Below are positions 10,564 to 19,558 of a stretch of DNA of 64,000 bases, one piece after another. Origin of the DNA: an uncultured Nitrospinota bacterium. Lineage in GTDB: Bacteria > Tectomicrobia > Entotheonellia > J063 > CAVPRW01. The stretch's first letter is position 1. Every line of letters starts with the position of its first letter. The stretch spans positions 136,211-200,210 of the forward strand of contig CAVPRW010000008.1 in the NCBI GenBank assembly GCA_963707985.1. Reading direction: 5' to 3'. The translations under genes were made by a program, and so were the position numbers. A model generated the notes under the pieces. That model ran no database searches, was not told where the DNA came from, and saw only the letters and a program-made list of their open reading frames with translations.

Positions 10564-11179
10564 GGGGGCGACAGGTTTCGACGGGGGTGATTGAGGCGAA
10601 GGTGGCATGCCGAGGTCCCATTGGCTCGTAAAACAAATGGGAAACCACAACTGCCAACGAAGAACTGGCACTGGCTGCTTAACAACCAGCCACGTCCTTC
10701 CTGTTCTCGCCTGTGGGGTGGGTAAGGGCGTCATTTAGCAGGCTAGTCAACCATCCCCCGCCCGGGGGGATGGGGCGCGAAATCCAAGCTGGGCTAGCAC
10801 GGCCCCATGCCCCTGCCGATGGGGGAAGGGCTGAGCGAACTTTTAAACATCGGCTATGTATGTAGAAACCTTCAGCCAAAGACCTTCGGACGCGGGTTCG
10901 ATCATGAGGGTCGCCCTGGGGAGTAATCCTCAGGTGACAACGGGGCTCACATCGGCGAAGCCTACAGCCGCAAGCCAGGGTAACGCCGAGGGGTCAGAAG
11001 GAGGCTAACTCCAGGCTGGCCCTGTAGAGACTCATAGGCTCACTGGCCTGATGAGGGGTGAGTGGGTACTAGGAGTACCAGCAGTCTAGGTGCTAAGACG
11101 CCCCGCATCCCGGATGAAGGGATGAAGGCATAGTCCAGGCCAATCCGAAAGGATTGGGTATCCTGTCCCGCCGCCTCCA
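10564..11179 (+). ncRNA. ssrA: tmRNA, intron-containing (exon 1 10564-10902, exon 2 11166-11179)
   Basis: 5' GGGGGCG pairs with 3' CGCCTCC-A, including the G3.U alanine identity pair. Tag ORF 10653-10682 encodes ANEELALAA*. The T-arm GCGGG-TTCGAT|T-CCCGC is restored once the intron is removed. CCA is not fully encoded (CCTCCACT). Confidence 0.97.
10903..11165 (+). ncRNA. Group I self-splicing intron (263 nt, no ORF, IA-like) in the tmRNA T-loop
   Basis: P1: exon CGAU pairs with IGS GUCG (U.G at the splice site). P2 10916-10933 has a GUAA loop. P3 CGGGGC/GCCCCG. P4 UCGGCG/CGCCGA. P6 GGGUCAG/CUGGCCC. R GUAGAGACU (11024-11032) and S AAGGCAUAGUCC (11125-11136). P8 CAUCCC/GGGAUG. P9 CCAAUCC-GAAA-GGAUUGG. 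P9.0 AGG/CCU. Terminal G at 11165. Confidence 0.93.
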
Positions 11180-11193
11180 CTTGTTTGTCGCTG

Positions 11194-11227
11194 GCCGCAA
11201 CTCCTTGATAGCAGAAGGAGTTGCGGC
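11194..11227 (+). terminator. 13-bp perfect hairpin just downstream of ssrA (terminator or island-edge hairpin)
   Basis: GCCGCAACTCCTT-N8-AAGGAGTTGCGGC. No U-tract follows immediately. Confidence 0.5.
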
Positions 11228-11609
11228 ACCTTCGAAGTCCCCGACTGTTTTTCGTTGCACGCATATTCGGCGCTCATCATTTACACGCAAACCTGACGAG
11301 AAGGCTGTTTCGGGAAGCAACCTTCGATGGGGTGCGATGGATCAACTGCAATCTTTTGTGAGGGTCTTGGGGACAAATCAGGAAGGATATTTTCCCTTTT
11401 CATAAAACACCTTACCTTGGGGATTAGGCTAGATAAATTGCTCTGATTAGAGGGGATTCCTGTATTAGCCTTCATGGCTGCTACGATTTCATCGTGCTTC
11501 GTACCCGTAAAGGAGATGCCATAGACTTGCATTTCGTTCTCGGCGGGATAGTTGCCAAGCTCCTTTCCGCAGGAATATAAGACTGCCTCACCTTCTGAAA
11601 TGCATTGCC

Positions 11610-12377
11610 CAGGTGCTCAGCACCAGCCCTGTTCAGGTGATCTTGCCACTCGCTTTTTGTGATCCTCTAGGCCTTCGATCCAGACACGGTGAAGGAGGCC
11701 ACCAGGCTGGGCAAAGTGTTCAACCGTGTTGTGGAAAAAAGTCCCCTGTCCGTGATGGTGCGTGGCACGCTGGAACGCGTCCTGGGAGCGGACCACCTCC
11801 ATGCCTGGTGTGCCCGGACCGCCCAGACGCCGTATACCCGCACCGTGTGGTTTGCGACCGTTGATGACAGTCTCAGCCACGTGGGTTTTCGGATCAAGCC
11901 CTCGGTGCGCGCGGCGTATCGGGACCACGAAGACCAGGTAGGAGCCGCGATCATCTCGCTCTAGAACCAACGCAATGGGATCGAGACGCACCCCTCGGCG
12001 GCGTTGGTCCGCTCTCGTGCAGCGGCATGGCGACCGCTCATCGCCCAGCTCGACGGGAACCGCTCCTCCTGGGTGCCGGGGTATCAGGTGAACATTCTGG
12101 ATGGCAACTGCATTGAAGCGAGTGCGCGACGCCTCAACGTGTGACGCGAGGTGCCGGCCGGCGCCTTGCTGGGGCAATCCTTGGTAGTCTCGGAGCCGGC
12201 ACACGGCCTGGTGCGTGAGGTCGTTCCCGGTGAAGACGGCCAGGCTCAAGAGCGCTCGTGGCTGGGGCAGGTGCTGGAGACCGTGCACGCGAACGACCGC
12301 TGGATTCAGGACCGCAACTTCTGTCCCGGTGCCTTTCTGGGTACGATCGACCGCCGGGGCGCCGGGTTGAGCACCCG
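11610..12377 (+). mobile_element. Degenerate, internally deleted IS4-family element
   Basis: Transposase remnant with in-frame stops (KSPLSVMVRGTLE, ILDGNCI, EDGQAQERS, IQDRNFC). Possible ends are CAGGTGCTCA (11610) and TGAGCACCCG (ending 12377). Confidence 0.75.
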
Positions 12378-12915
12378 CCCGCATTGGGTGGCCATCGGTT
12401 AAGATCATCAGGACGAACGCAGGGGTCGGTGGAGGCGGCGAACCACTGGGCCGAGGGCGGGCGCGGTCTTCCTGGAACCAGGAGGCCGTCGGTTTGCCGT
12501 AGCTCACGACCCCGCCCAAATTCGTTGTCCCCTGGTAACGTTCCGGGCGGACCAGTGCGCTCTGCAGCGTGCCGAAGAGAGCGGCAATCTCCTGCTCAAA
12601 GCCCACATTCCGGATGAGGCGCGTGACCCGGACGTGCTGCTCCGGGTCAGAGTCGACGGGCATCGTGTGAATCTCGTCGCCGCGTTGCGTGCGCCCCAAC
12701 ACCAACGCTGGCAGCATCTCATCACGGAAAATCGGGAAATGCTCTTTCGGCACCGTGGTAATATCCAGCGCCACGATCCACACAATCGCGGGGATGAGTG
12801 GGGGAAGCGTGGTCGTGGCGCTGATGTTCTGAGTTTCGCAGCCAAGCAAGGTGACAGCCAACCCGAGACTGCCCACGGTGCAGAGCAACGTACGTACGGC
12901 GTAGCTCGATCTCAT
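12378..12915 (-). pseudogene. Lipoprotein with vWA-like motifs, truncated by the IS4 remnant
   Basis: Signal peptide with lipobox LLGC, then IVALD, GTTNLG and MILTDG. The rest of the computed ORF is antisense IS sequence. Confidence 0.5.
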
Positions 12916-13329
12916 CGTGTCTCTCCTGTGCGTGTACCACCACTTCCCGGCAAGAGGCGCCCGACCATACGATCGAGTCCCCGAGGGGTGACATCACCAC
13001 GGCATCCAACGCCGCGAGGGGGTAGACCACGGCGAGCACCGGAGCGTGCCACCAGCGCCCCGGCGGCTGAACGGCTACCAGGCGGTCTCAGCCGGCGCGG
13101 GCGGCGGAACCGGGGGCACAATGCGGGTGAGCGCCTCATTGGAGGGTGGTGGGGGTGGTGCCGCCCGGGCGGCATGGTCGAGCACATCGAGATAGGCCCT
13201 GGCTCGAGCGCTCAAAAAAACCCAAGATGTTTAGAGTCACAGCCCCCGCTGTGAGTAAAATGAGCAGGATCTCGGGCTCCATGGTGATCTCCTTCCCCAA
13301 CAGAGAAAATGTTACCCACCTGAAAAAGT

Positions 13330-13995
13330 ATGTGGTATACTCATGCAGAAAACACAGGAATTATCATGAATACAACACAATATCCAAGAATTATGATACA
13401 TACTATCTTAGTATGCACACTATTTTTTTATTGGACTAACATGATGCTCGCCTCAAAAAATGGAGACCTACGAGTGGCAAGCTACGGAGCGATGATCCGC
13501 CAATGGCGGAGCAGACAACAGTGGTCACAACGGACTCTTGCGGAAGCTATAGGAGTGACCAGCGGCTACGTGGCCCTGCTTGAGAATGAGTCAAAAATAC
13601 CCTCATTAGATTTGTGTTTATCGATAATTCTAACATTTCAGCTGACGCCTCGGGAACACCAAGGATTTCTCGAGGCCATTGAACGGGCGCGTCGGCAGGA
13701 AACCAATAAACGTGCGAGTACGCGTAGTGCTGTGGTACGCGATATGTTGGAGGCCCGTGGTTCCTCGACACCGTCGCCTCCTGAACCGCCCACATCACAG
13801 CCGCCTTCACCAGCAATGAGCGTGGAGGAGATCGCCCGTGCAATAGCCAGCGACGATGTATTGCGAGCCGCCTTCCGTGATCTGCAAGTCGCTCTTGATG
13901 CCCAAGAGACCCGCCAAACCGTGCTCGACACATTGCGGCTCTTCGCAGAAAGAGCACGGACGCGCATAGACACAGAAGGTGGGGTGGAGTCATAG
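13330..13995 (+). CDS. XRE-family HTH transcriptional regulator
   Basis: IRQWRSRQQWSQRTLAEAIGVTSGYVALLENESKIPS. The true start is probably near 13441-13492, after an AT-rich divergent region. Confidence 0.8.
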   Translation: MWYTHAENTGIIMNTTQYPRIMIHTILVCTLFFYWTNMMLASKNGDLRVASYGAMIRQWRSRQQWSQRTLAEAIGVTSGYVALLENESKIPSLDLCLSIILTFQLTPREHQGFLEAIERARRQETNKRASTRSAVVRDMLEARGSSTPSPPEPPTSQPPSPAMSVEEIARAIASDDVLRAAFRDLQVALDAQETRQTVLDTLRLFAERARTRIDTEGGVES

Positions 13996-14288
13996 CGACA
14001 TCAAGGCGCGCAGCGCCGTCAAAGCTCTGGGACAGTGTAGGGGTCACCTCACGAAACGAACTTTAAAGTACGCTAACGAAGAGCGTGCCGTGCCAGACAA
14101 GCATTTGCGACTAGAGGCAGTAGAAGTCTATCCAGTTGAGGTACGCTTCAACTGGACGTCAGGACGCAGTACAAAACGCGTCAGAATAGGGCCGAATTTG
14201 GCTTTTTCTGACGGTCTATCAGCCAATCCATAGACTTCAAGCTGACAGGATTCGCTGCTAGCGTACGATTCTTTCCGTTTCGTGAGGC

Positions 14289-14639
14289 GATCGCCTATAC
14301 GCAGATTTGCAAAATAAGGGCGTACGCTGCTGGTTTGCCCCACACGATATCCAGCTGCTAATCCTCTCATCCCACAGCATGACGAGTGAGTGGGTGAAAA
14401 CCGAGATTGCAACGGCTAGGCAGCATGAGGTACAGGAACAACGGCAGATCCTATTCCCTGTACGCCTGGTCTCATTCGACGCCATACGCGATTGGAAATA
14501 CTTTGATGGGGATATAGGGAAAGATTCGGCGCGTGAGATTCGCGAATATTTCATCCCCGACTTTCGCAATTGGAAGGACTATGATGCGTATCAGTTGGCA
14601 TTTCAGCGACTACTCCAGGACCTGAAGGCGAATATTTGA
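14289..14639 (+). pseudogene. TIR-domain fragment with an internal deletion
   Basis: DRLYADLQNKGVRCWFAPHDIQ is joined directly to LLILSSHSMTSEWVKTEI, followed by LFPVRL and YFIPDF. The N-terminus and the segment between the two motifs are missing. Confidence 0.75.
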
Positions 14640-14710
14640 CAGACGCCCGGAAGGGAAACATCAGCGGCCGTCGGTTTTCGAGGGGCGATTGAGCCCGTCA
14701 GGAGGGACAC

Positions 14711-14971
14711 ATGGAGCAGCAAGAGGCCTTCGACTTCCCGGATGAACCCAGAGGCCCACCCAGCACCGAACCGACGCGGCCGGGAGGGGTGACGTCGGAG
14801 GGGACCAGTATGTGCCATTACTGCGGTGAGCGCATGCCGTCGTCGCTGCTCGAGAGCACTCCTGCCGTCGGTGATGATCAGCGGTGGGCCATGATCACGC
14901 CTTATCACAACTTTGGCTGTCGCTGGATCGAGAGCCGCGGTCTGCGGCTCGACGAAGGGAGTACGCCATGA
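14711..14971 (+). CDS. Hypothetical protein (CxxC...HxxxC, possible metal binding)
   Basis: GGAGG RBS, and an ATGA overlap with the next ORF. Confidence 0.45.
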   Translation: MEQQEAFDFPDEPRGPPSTEPTRPGGVTSEGTSMCHYCGERMPSSLLESTPAVGDDQRWAMITPYHNFGCRWIESRGLRLDEGSTP

Positions 14972-15222
14972 TGCGTTGGTGGATCGGTGTGTGTCTAGGC
15001 CTCGTGTTGTGCACCGTGAGCCCGAGCTCCGCAGATGGCCGACGGGGCTCGCCATTCCCACCGGACGAGCATTGGGAGGGCTATCGCACGTGGAAGCCCG
15101 ATCGATCGATGCGGCAGGGGCTGGTCTTCCCCGATCGCTTCACCATCGACAAGCCCGGAAAATGCGAGGTGATTTGTGAGCGGGTTGGCCGCCAGTATCG
15201 CTGTCGCGAATATCGCTGCTAA
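14968..15222 (+). CDS. Small secreted Cys-rich hypothetical protein
   Basis: Signal-like MMRWWIGVCLGLVLCTVSPSSA, and four C-terminal Cys. Coupled to the upstream ORF. Confidence 0.5.
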   Translation: MMRWWIGVCLGLVLCTVSPSSADGRRGSPFPPDEHWEGYRTWKPDRSMRQGLVFPDRFTIDKPGKCEVICERVGRQYRCREYRC

Positions 15223-15369
15223 GCGATCGCACCGACCTGTCTATTGCGCAGATTCGAGAGGCAGCTCCACAAGATTCTTGGCGATCTTGTGAAGCCCAAA
15301 CAACCGCACAAGTGAGCGAGTCTGGGGCTGCCCTTCAGGCAAAGCCCCCAGCGAGCGACGACAGTACGG

Positions 15370-15547
15370 CGGGGGAACGATGGGGGACCGCCCGAACGAT
15401 TCCTCTATGAGATATCACGCTCATCGCTTCGGGGGAACGGCGGGGCCTCAACAGGGGCTCTACGGGGGAACGTCGAGACGCACGGGGGACCATCTATTTC
15501 ATTGATAACGAAGGGCGATATGCGAAGGGGAGGGGCCACGGGGGAAC
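15370..15547 (+). repeat. Cluster of CGGGGGAAC direct repeats
   Basis: Exact copies at 15370, 15430, 15463 and 15539. GGGGGACC variants at about 15382 and 15484. Confidence 0.6.
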
Positions 15548-15738
15548 TCCCCTGCTTTATCCTGCATATCGTCTTTACCGACATCCGACAGTGTGTCGTC
15601 TGAGTATCTCGTTCTGGCTGTGCCCATCGCCTCGTGGGCGAGTGTCGTGTTCGTCCACAGGCGTTGGGTGCAGCCGTCGACCACGGAAGGCGGAGCCCGA
15701 TGGTCATTGATCGGGAGCAGCCATGAAGGACACACCTG

Positions 15739-15966
15739 ATGAATGCTGAGCCGACCGAGCCACCGTTGAACCGCACCCTGTTACAGCTTCGCATCGCGTT
15801 AGCCAATGCCTTAACGGTGACGGATGCCATCCGCCACCTTGGACCGAAGGGAGATGATCTCTTGCCGCACCTCTACACCGAACTCGCGACGTTGCACCGT
15901 GTAGAGCAGCGTACCCGCACGGTGTTAAGGCGGTATCTTCCACCTGAAGGAGCTTGTCATGAGTAA
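15739..15966 (+). CDS. Hypothetical protein (phage/ICE-like small ORF)
   Basis: AAGGA RBS, and overlap with a following ATG. Confidence 0.35.
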   Translation: MNAEPTEPPLNRTLLQLRIALANALTVTDAIRHLGPKGDDLLPHLYTELATLHRVEQRTRTVLRRYLPPEGACHE

Positions 15967-16148
15967 AGTGACGCCGGTACGCATGCAGCGAGGGGATATC
16001 CCCAACGTCACCAGCTACTAGGAGGTGATATACGACCTTAGTCGCTTTCCGGCGAATCGTGACCATCCCTCATGCCGGTCGACCCCGATCTGCCACGTAA
16101 CCGCCACTAACTCAGGTCACCATACCACCTGCCGTCCCAGCCTCACCG

Positions 16149-16220
16149 ATACAGTCTCTGACGGCGCGCGTCACGCACATCCTTGATGGAGATACCATCG
16201 ATGTAGAACTCCAGCCGTGG
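16149..16220 (+). pseudogene. Thermonuclease (SNase-like) N-terminal fragment
   Basis: Manual translation IQSLTARVTHILDGDTIDVEL matches the V..V.DGDT motif. Confidence 0.5.
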
Positions 16221-16353
16221 CGTGAACGGGTACAGGTGGATGAGCGTCCATAGGGCTCTGACCTTACCACCTGGAGCCGTGTGCGACAAGGACTTTTTGC
16301 CTCAACCACGTGAACGGTTACGCCATTTTTTACTGTAATGTCGAATTGGAGAG

Positions 16354-17277
16354 CTATGGCTCATCCGTTGCCTTATCTACAGTAGGCGGGGTGCTGTACC
16401 CCAGTCGGAATATGTAAGTCCTCTTGAGAGGAGTGAAAAAGCTAGGGGGAAGCCGGCCCCAAGCTCCGGCCATCAATGGCGCGCGCGCGAATGTTTGCGC
16501 GAATACCTCGATCAGCTCTCCCCGGAGCTGAGGAGCCGGGACAGGCGTGATGTGGTGAGGAGGCATCTCATCATAGGTACGGCCATCGAGCTGCCTGCCT
16601 GTCTGGCGCTTGTGCACACCACCCCATTGTTTGAAGAAAAACGAGATGTGGGCTTGTATGCACTGGTCGCGGATGGAGGCAACCCACGATGGGTGTAGTG
16701 GTCGAGCTCCAGGCCCGCTCTCCCCTCCGACGATTACCCAACTGATCCCTGCAAGATCTAATGCGCCGAGCTCCTCAAGAAGCGGCTCAATGGAAAGAAA
16801 TCGTACCGCCGCAGAAGTGGCGCGCAAATGCTCTACACGGCATATTCCGTATTGTCTGTCCTCAACGCTCACACCCCACCAGATATGGGGTTCATCCGCA
16901 AAGATACGCAATGGACCATTGAGCAGGTCACGCATCCGTTCGGAGCGCTTCGTCAGAACCTGGAAGGTGTGCCAATTCGCTAATTTCATGACCTGCGCTA
17001 CGGCTAGAATATAGCTGTCCGGAACCTCTTCATGGAAGAGATCACTCATCGAGTTGACAAACACCCGTTTGGGTGTGGTCCAACGGAGCGGATCTGCAAG
17101 CTTGTCAGGGACAAGGCGCAAGTCGAATCCCTGTTCATAGGGGTGCCCGGGCACCCCACGAAACCGCTCAGCGAAGCTTTCGGCGTAACAATGCTTGCAG
17201 CCGGGACTAATCTTGGTACAGCCGCGGACGGGGTTCCATGTGGCGTCTGTCCATTCGATTTTTGAGTATGCGCTCAT
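16354..17277 (-). CDS. Phage Gp37/Gp68 family (DUF5131) three-Cys-motif protein
   Basis: SKIEWTDATWNPVRGCTKISPGCKHCYAE, FVNSMSDLFH, WVIVGGESG and FFFKQWGG. Confidence 0.92.
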   Translation of the reverse strand: MSAYSKIEWTDATWNPVRGCTKISPGCKHCYAESFAERFRGVPGHPYEQGFDLRLVPDKLADPLRWTTPKRVFVNSMSDLFHEEVPDSYILAVAQVMKLANWHTFQVLTKRSERMRDLLNGPLRIFADEPHIWWGVSVEDRQYGICRVEHLRATSAAVRFLSIEPLLEELGALDLAGISWVIVGGESGPGARPLHPSWVASIRDQCIQAHISFFFKQWGGVHKRQTGRQLDGRTYDEMPPHHITPVPAPQLRGELIEVFAQTFARAPLMAGAWGRLPPSFFTPLKRTYIFRLGYSTPPTVDKATDEP

Positions 17278-17429
17278 AAAGATTCCCCGTTCCCTCGGGA
17301 CCGTCGAAGCGCTGTCCGCGTCTGCTCAAGACCGTGGATGCACAAGAGTCGTGGCAGCCCTATTCGGGGTCGCTGCGTTTATTTGCCAAATTTTACGCAC
17401 ATCGCGCTTTACCAGAGGTCAACGGAGAA

Positions 17430-18385
17430 GGTATCCATTTCTTACAAAACTCGATGGAAAACAAGTGTACCTAACCGGTGCAACTATTATTTTTGGAATA
17501 CTTGCCTATGGCTCTAGCATGGTTAAAGACTTCTTCAGTATTACTCCTACGGCGGTGTCAGTTCCTGGGCCACAGGGGGAATCCATACAAAAGGCAACTC
17601 TCACCGGATTCGAAAAAGAGCTAGCGGACGCTGCAACTGAACACGCAAGCGAAGCAAAGAATTACTTTAAAGCCGCTGAACACGATTTTGAAGCGAGGCG
17701 CTATCGAGATGCCGCGAAAAATGATCAAAAGTCAATCGGGGCACTTCCCACGAGCTCGGCTTACCTGAACCTCGGTGCTTCGCTGTTTTATGTTTCGGAT
17801 TTGCGCCAAGCTGAGGGTGCCATCCATACTGGGCTGCAATTGACCCGCAAGAAGCGCAACAAGGTCCTCGAAGAATCCTTCCTCACCAACCTTGGCGACG
17901 TCTATCGTCTCCAAGGCAAACTGGATGGAGGATTGAAATGTCACCAAGCAGCACTCGAACTGTCCGCTCGGATTGAATATCCACGAGACCAAGGCCACGC
18001 CTTCGGTGGAATTGGTGACATCTATCTGGAACAGCAACGCCTAGATGAGGCGCTCAAGTCCTACCAGGCTGCACAGAAACTCTATGAGAAGATGGCTCAC
18101 TCGCGGGGTCGGTCCAAAGTCCTCACAGCTATCGGCATCATTCACGCGGACCGGGGGCAGCGAGCGGAAGCCCATGCTGCCTATATCTAAGTTCTGCCGA
18201 TTGACAAACAGATCGGTAATCGTCTTGCGGAGGCCACCATACTCTTTACCATCGGTCAACTGCATGCAGATAACAATCCCAAGGTGGCCAGAGATTTTTT
18301 CTATCAGGCTTCAGAAACGTTTAAAGCGATCGGCCTGGAGGAACAAGCAAGGGTCGCCTTCGAAAAGCTCAGCAACCTTCCCTAA
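17430..18385 (+). pseudogene. Membrane-anchored tetratricopeptide-repeat protein with an in-frame stop at 18188-18190
   Basis: TPR repeats (AYLNLG, LTNLGDVY, GGIGDIY). The frame continues past TAA as VLPIDKQIGNRLAEATILFTIGQL to 18385. The start is unclear. Confidence 0.7.
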
Positions 18386-19063
18386 TAGTGGTGCACCATC
18401 CTTGTTACAGTCCGGGTATGCAGACCCCTCTTTCCATATTTCCTTTGCTTATCCTTGTCCTAGTCGGCCTTCCTCTCAAAAATCCCCTTAAGGCTCGATT
18501 CACGATCTCGGTGAAATCTTCAGCTCTTCAAGTCCCCCACCCTCTTCTCATGCTCCAGCAACACCGCCACGAGAACCTCCTCAAACCTCTCCGCCCGCCC
18601 AAGCTGAATCTCGGCCTGTAGCTGCTGCACCGCACATGCAAACAGCCGATCAAACGCTTCTTGATCCTGATCCTTTTTTGCCACCACGTGCCTGTACCAA
18701 GCTCATCCTCGCTCGTGATGATGCCCCAGCCAACTCAAGAGCACCTGCTCCCACTGTTCCTGAGGACAGGTGAGTAGGTATATCATGGAGTCCGGTATGC
18801 CATAAAGCGCCCGCCACGCTCGCTCCAAAACCTTCTGGTCCTGTTGAAACGTCTGCCAGCCACCCAAATAGTCGAGCGTCGATCCCTGCCGCTCGGCGGC
18901 TTCAACTTGTTGGGTGCAGCCCGCGTCACAAGATCCTTTACACCGGTGCGCATGGAAGCCAACCTTATCCCGCAAACATGGCCACGATCTTGTTTACATC
19001 GGTGGGAAATTGCCCCGACTCATGAGGGCTCGCCCAGTACCGTGACACCGAGTATTGCACACC

Positions 19064-19141
19064 GCCTAACGAATCAAGCTGAGCCGACGCCAACAGGCCG
19101 CGAAGCGGGCTGTTGGCGTCGGCTCCAGCGCCTTGTTGGGC
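19064..19141 (-). repeat. Integron attC site (78 bp)
   Basis: Minus strand reads GCCCAAC (R'') AAGGC GCTGGAGCCGACGCCAACAG ... CTGTTGGCGTCGGCTCAGC TTGATTC GTTAGGC (R'). It has an extrahelical G in L'' and starts 7 nt after the stop of the upstream ORF. Confidence 0.85.
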
Positions 19142-19148
19142 ACGTTTA

Positions 19149-19518
19149 CTATGAGAAAATAAGCGGCAAAGCCGGCCTAAAGTCGCTTTTATGCCTCTGG
19201 AGTTCTTCACCAAAACCGATTTCCATCAAGTATTCGTTTCCTGGACGTACTCGAAGAAGGCCGGCGTTTGCCACAGCCTTGAGCTCCAAAGAAATATTGT
19301 CCGCATGTGGGCTGGAGATCTCCACTCGCGTGACCTCGCGCAATCCAGCGGCATGCCTTAGCTACTCGGGTTTAACGGCGGGATGCAAATCCGGTCTCCG
19401 TCCGAACGCAAGATAAAACAGCATCGGTTCGGCAAGCACAGCGACATTCATCGCAATATCGATGCACAATGGCTCAGGCAAATATGTCGGGCGATATTTC
19501 CAAGAGCGAAAGGGGGGA
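19149..19518 (-). pseudogene. VOC/glyoxalase-like cassette gene, C-terminal half (5'-truncated, one in-frame stop)
   Basis: PPFRSWKYRPTYLP, EPMLFYL, HAAGLREVTRV and DFRPALPLIF. Lower GC, and followed by attC. Confidence 0.6.
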
Positions 19519-19558
19519 TGGCTTCCCGGTAGTAAACGAGAAATAATGGAACATGTTT

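Noticed and set aside
11048..11100. CTGATGAG inside the intron, resembling a hammerhead ribozyme core
   Set aside because: No stem II followed by GAAA and no compatible stems I and III. The bases are better explained as the loop of the P7.1 hairpin.
10903..11165. Alternative reading of the ssrA insert as an integrated element or a two-piece (permuted) tmRNA
   Set aside because: There is no att duplication or integrase, the exon order is standard, and the insert has the full group I core with correct splice-site geometry.
10903..11165. Homing endonuclease in the intron
   Set aside because: Only 263 nt, all accounted for by helices. The overlapping short ORFs have no LAGLIDADG, HNH or GIY-YIG motifs.
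11281..11609. Possible C-terminal continuation of the vWA lipoprotein beyond the IS4 remnant
   Set aside because: The frames do not join after removing the IS, the flanking direct repeat is poor (6/11), and base composition differs.
11617..12915. 432-aa minus-strand ORF as one protein
   Set aside because: Its C-terminal 250 aa are antisense to the IS4 transposase remnant. Only the lipoprotein part is credible.
15370..15547. CRISPR array
   Set aside because: The repeats are only 9 bp with irregular spacing, and no cas genes are present anywhere in the window.
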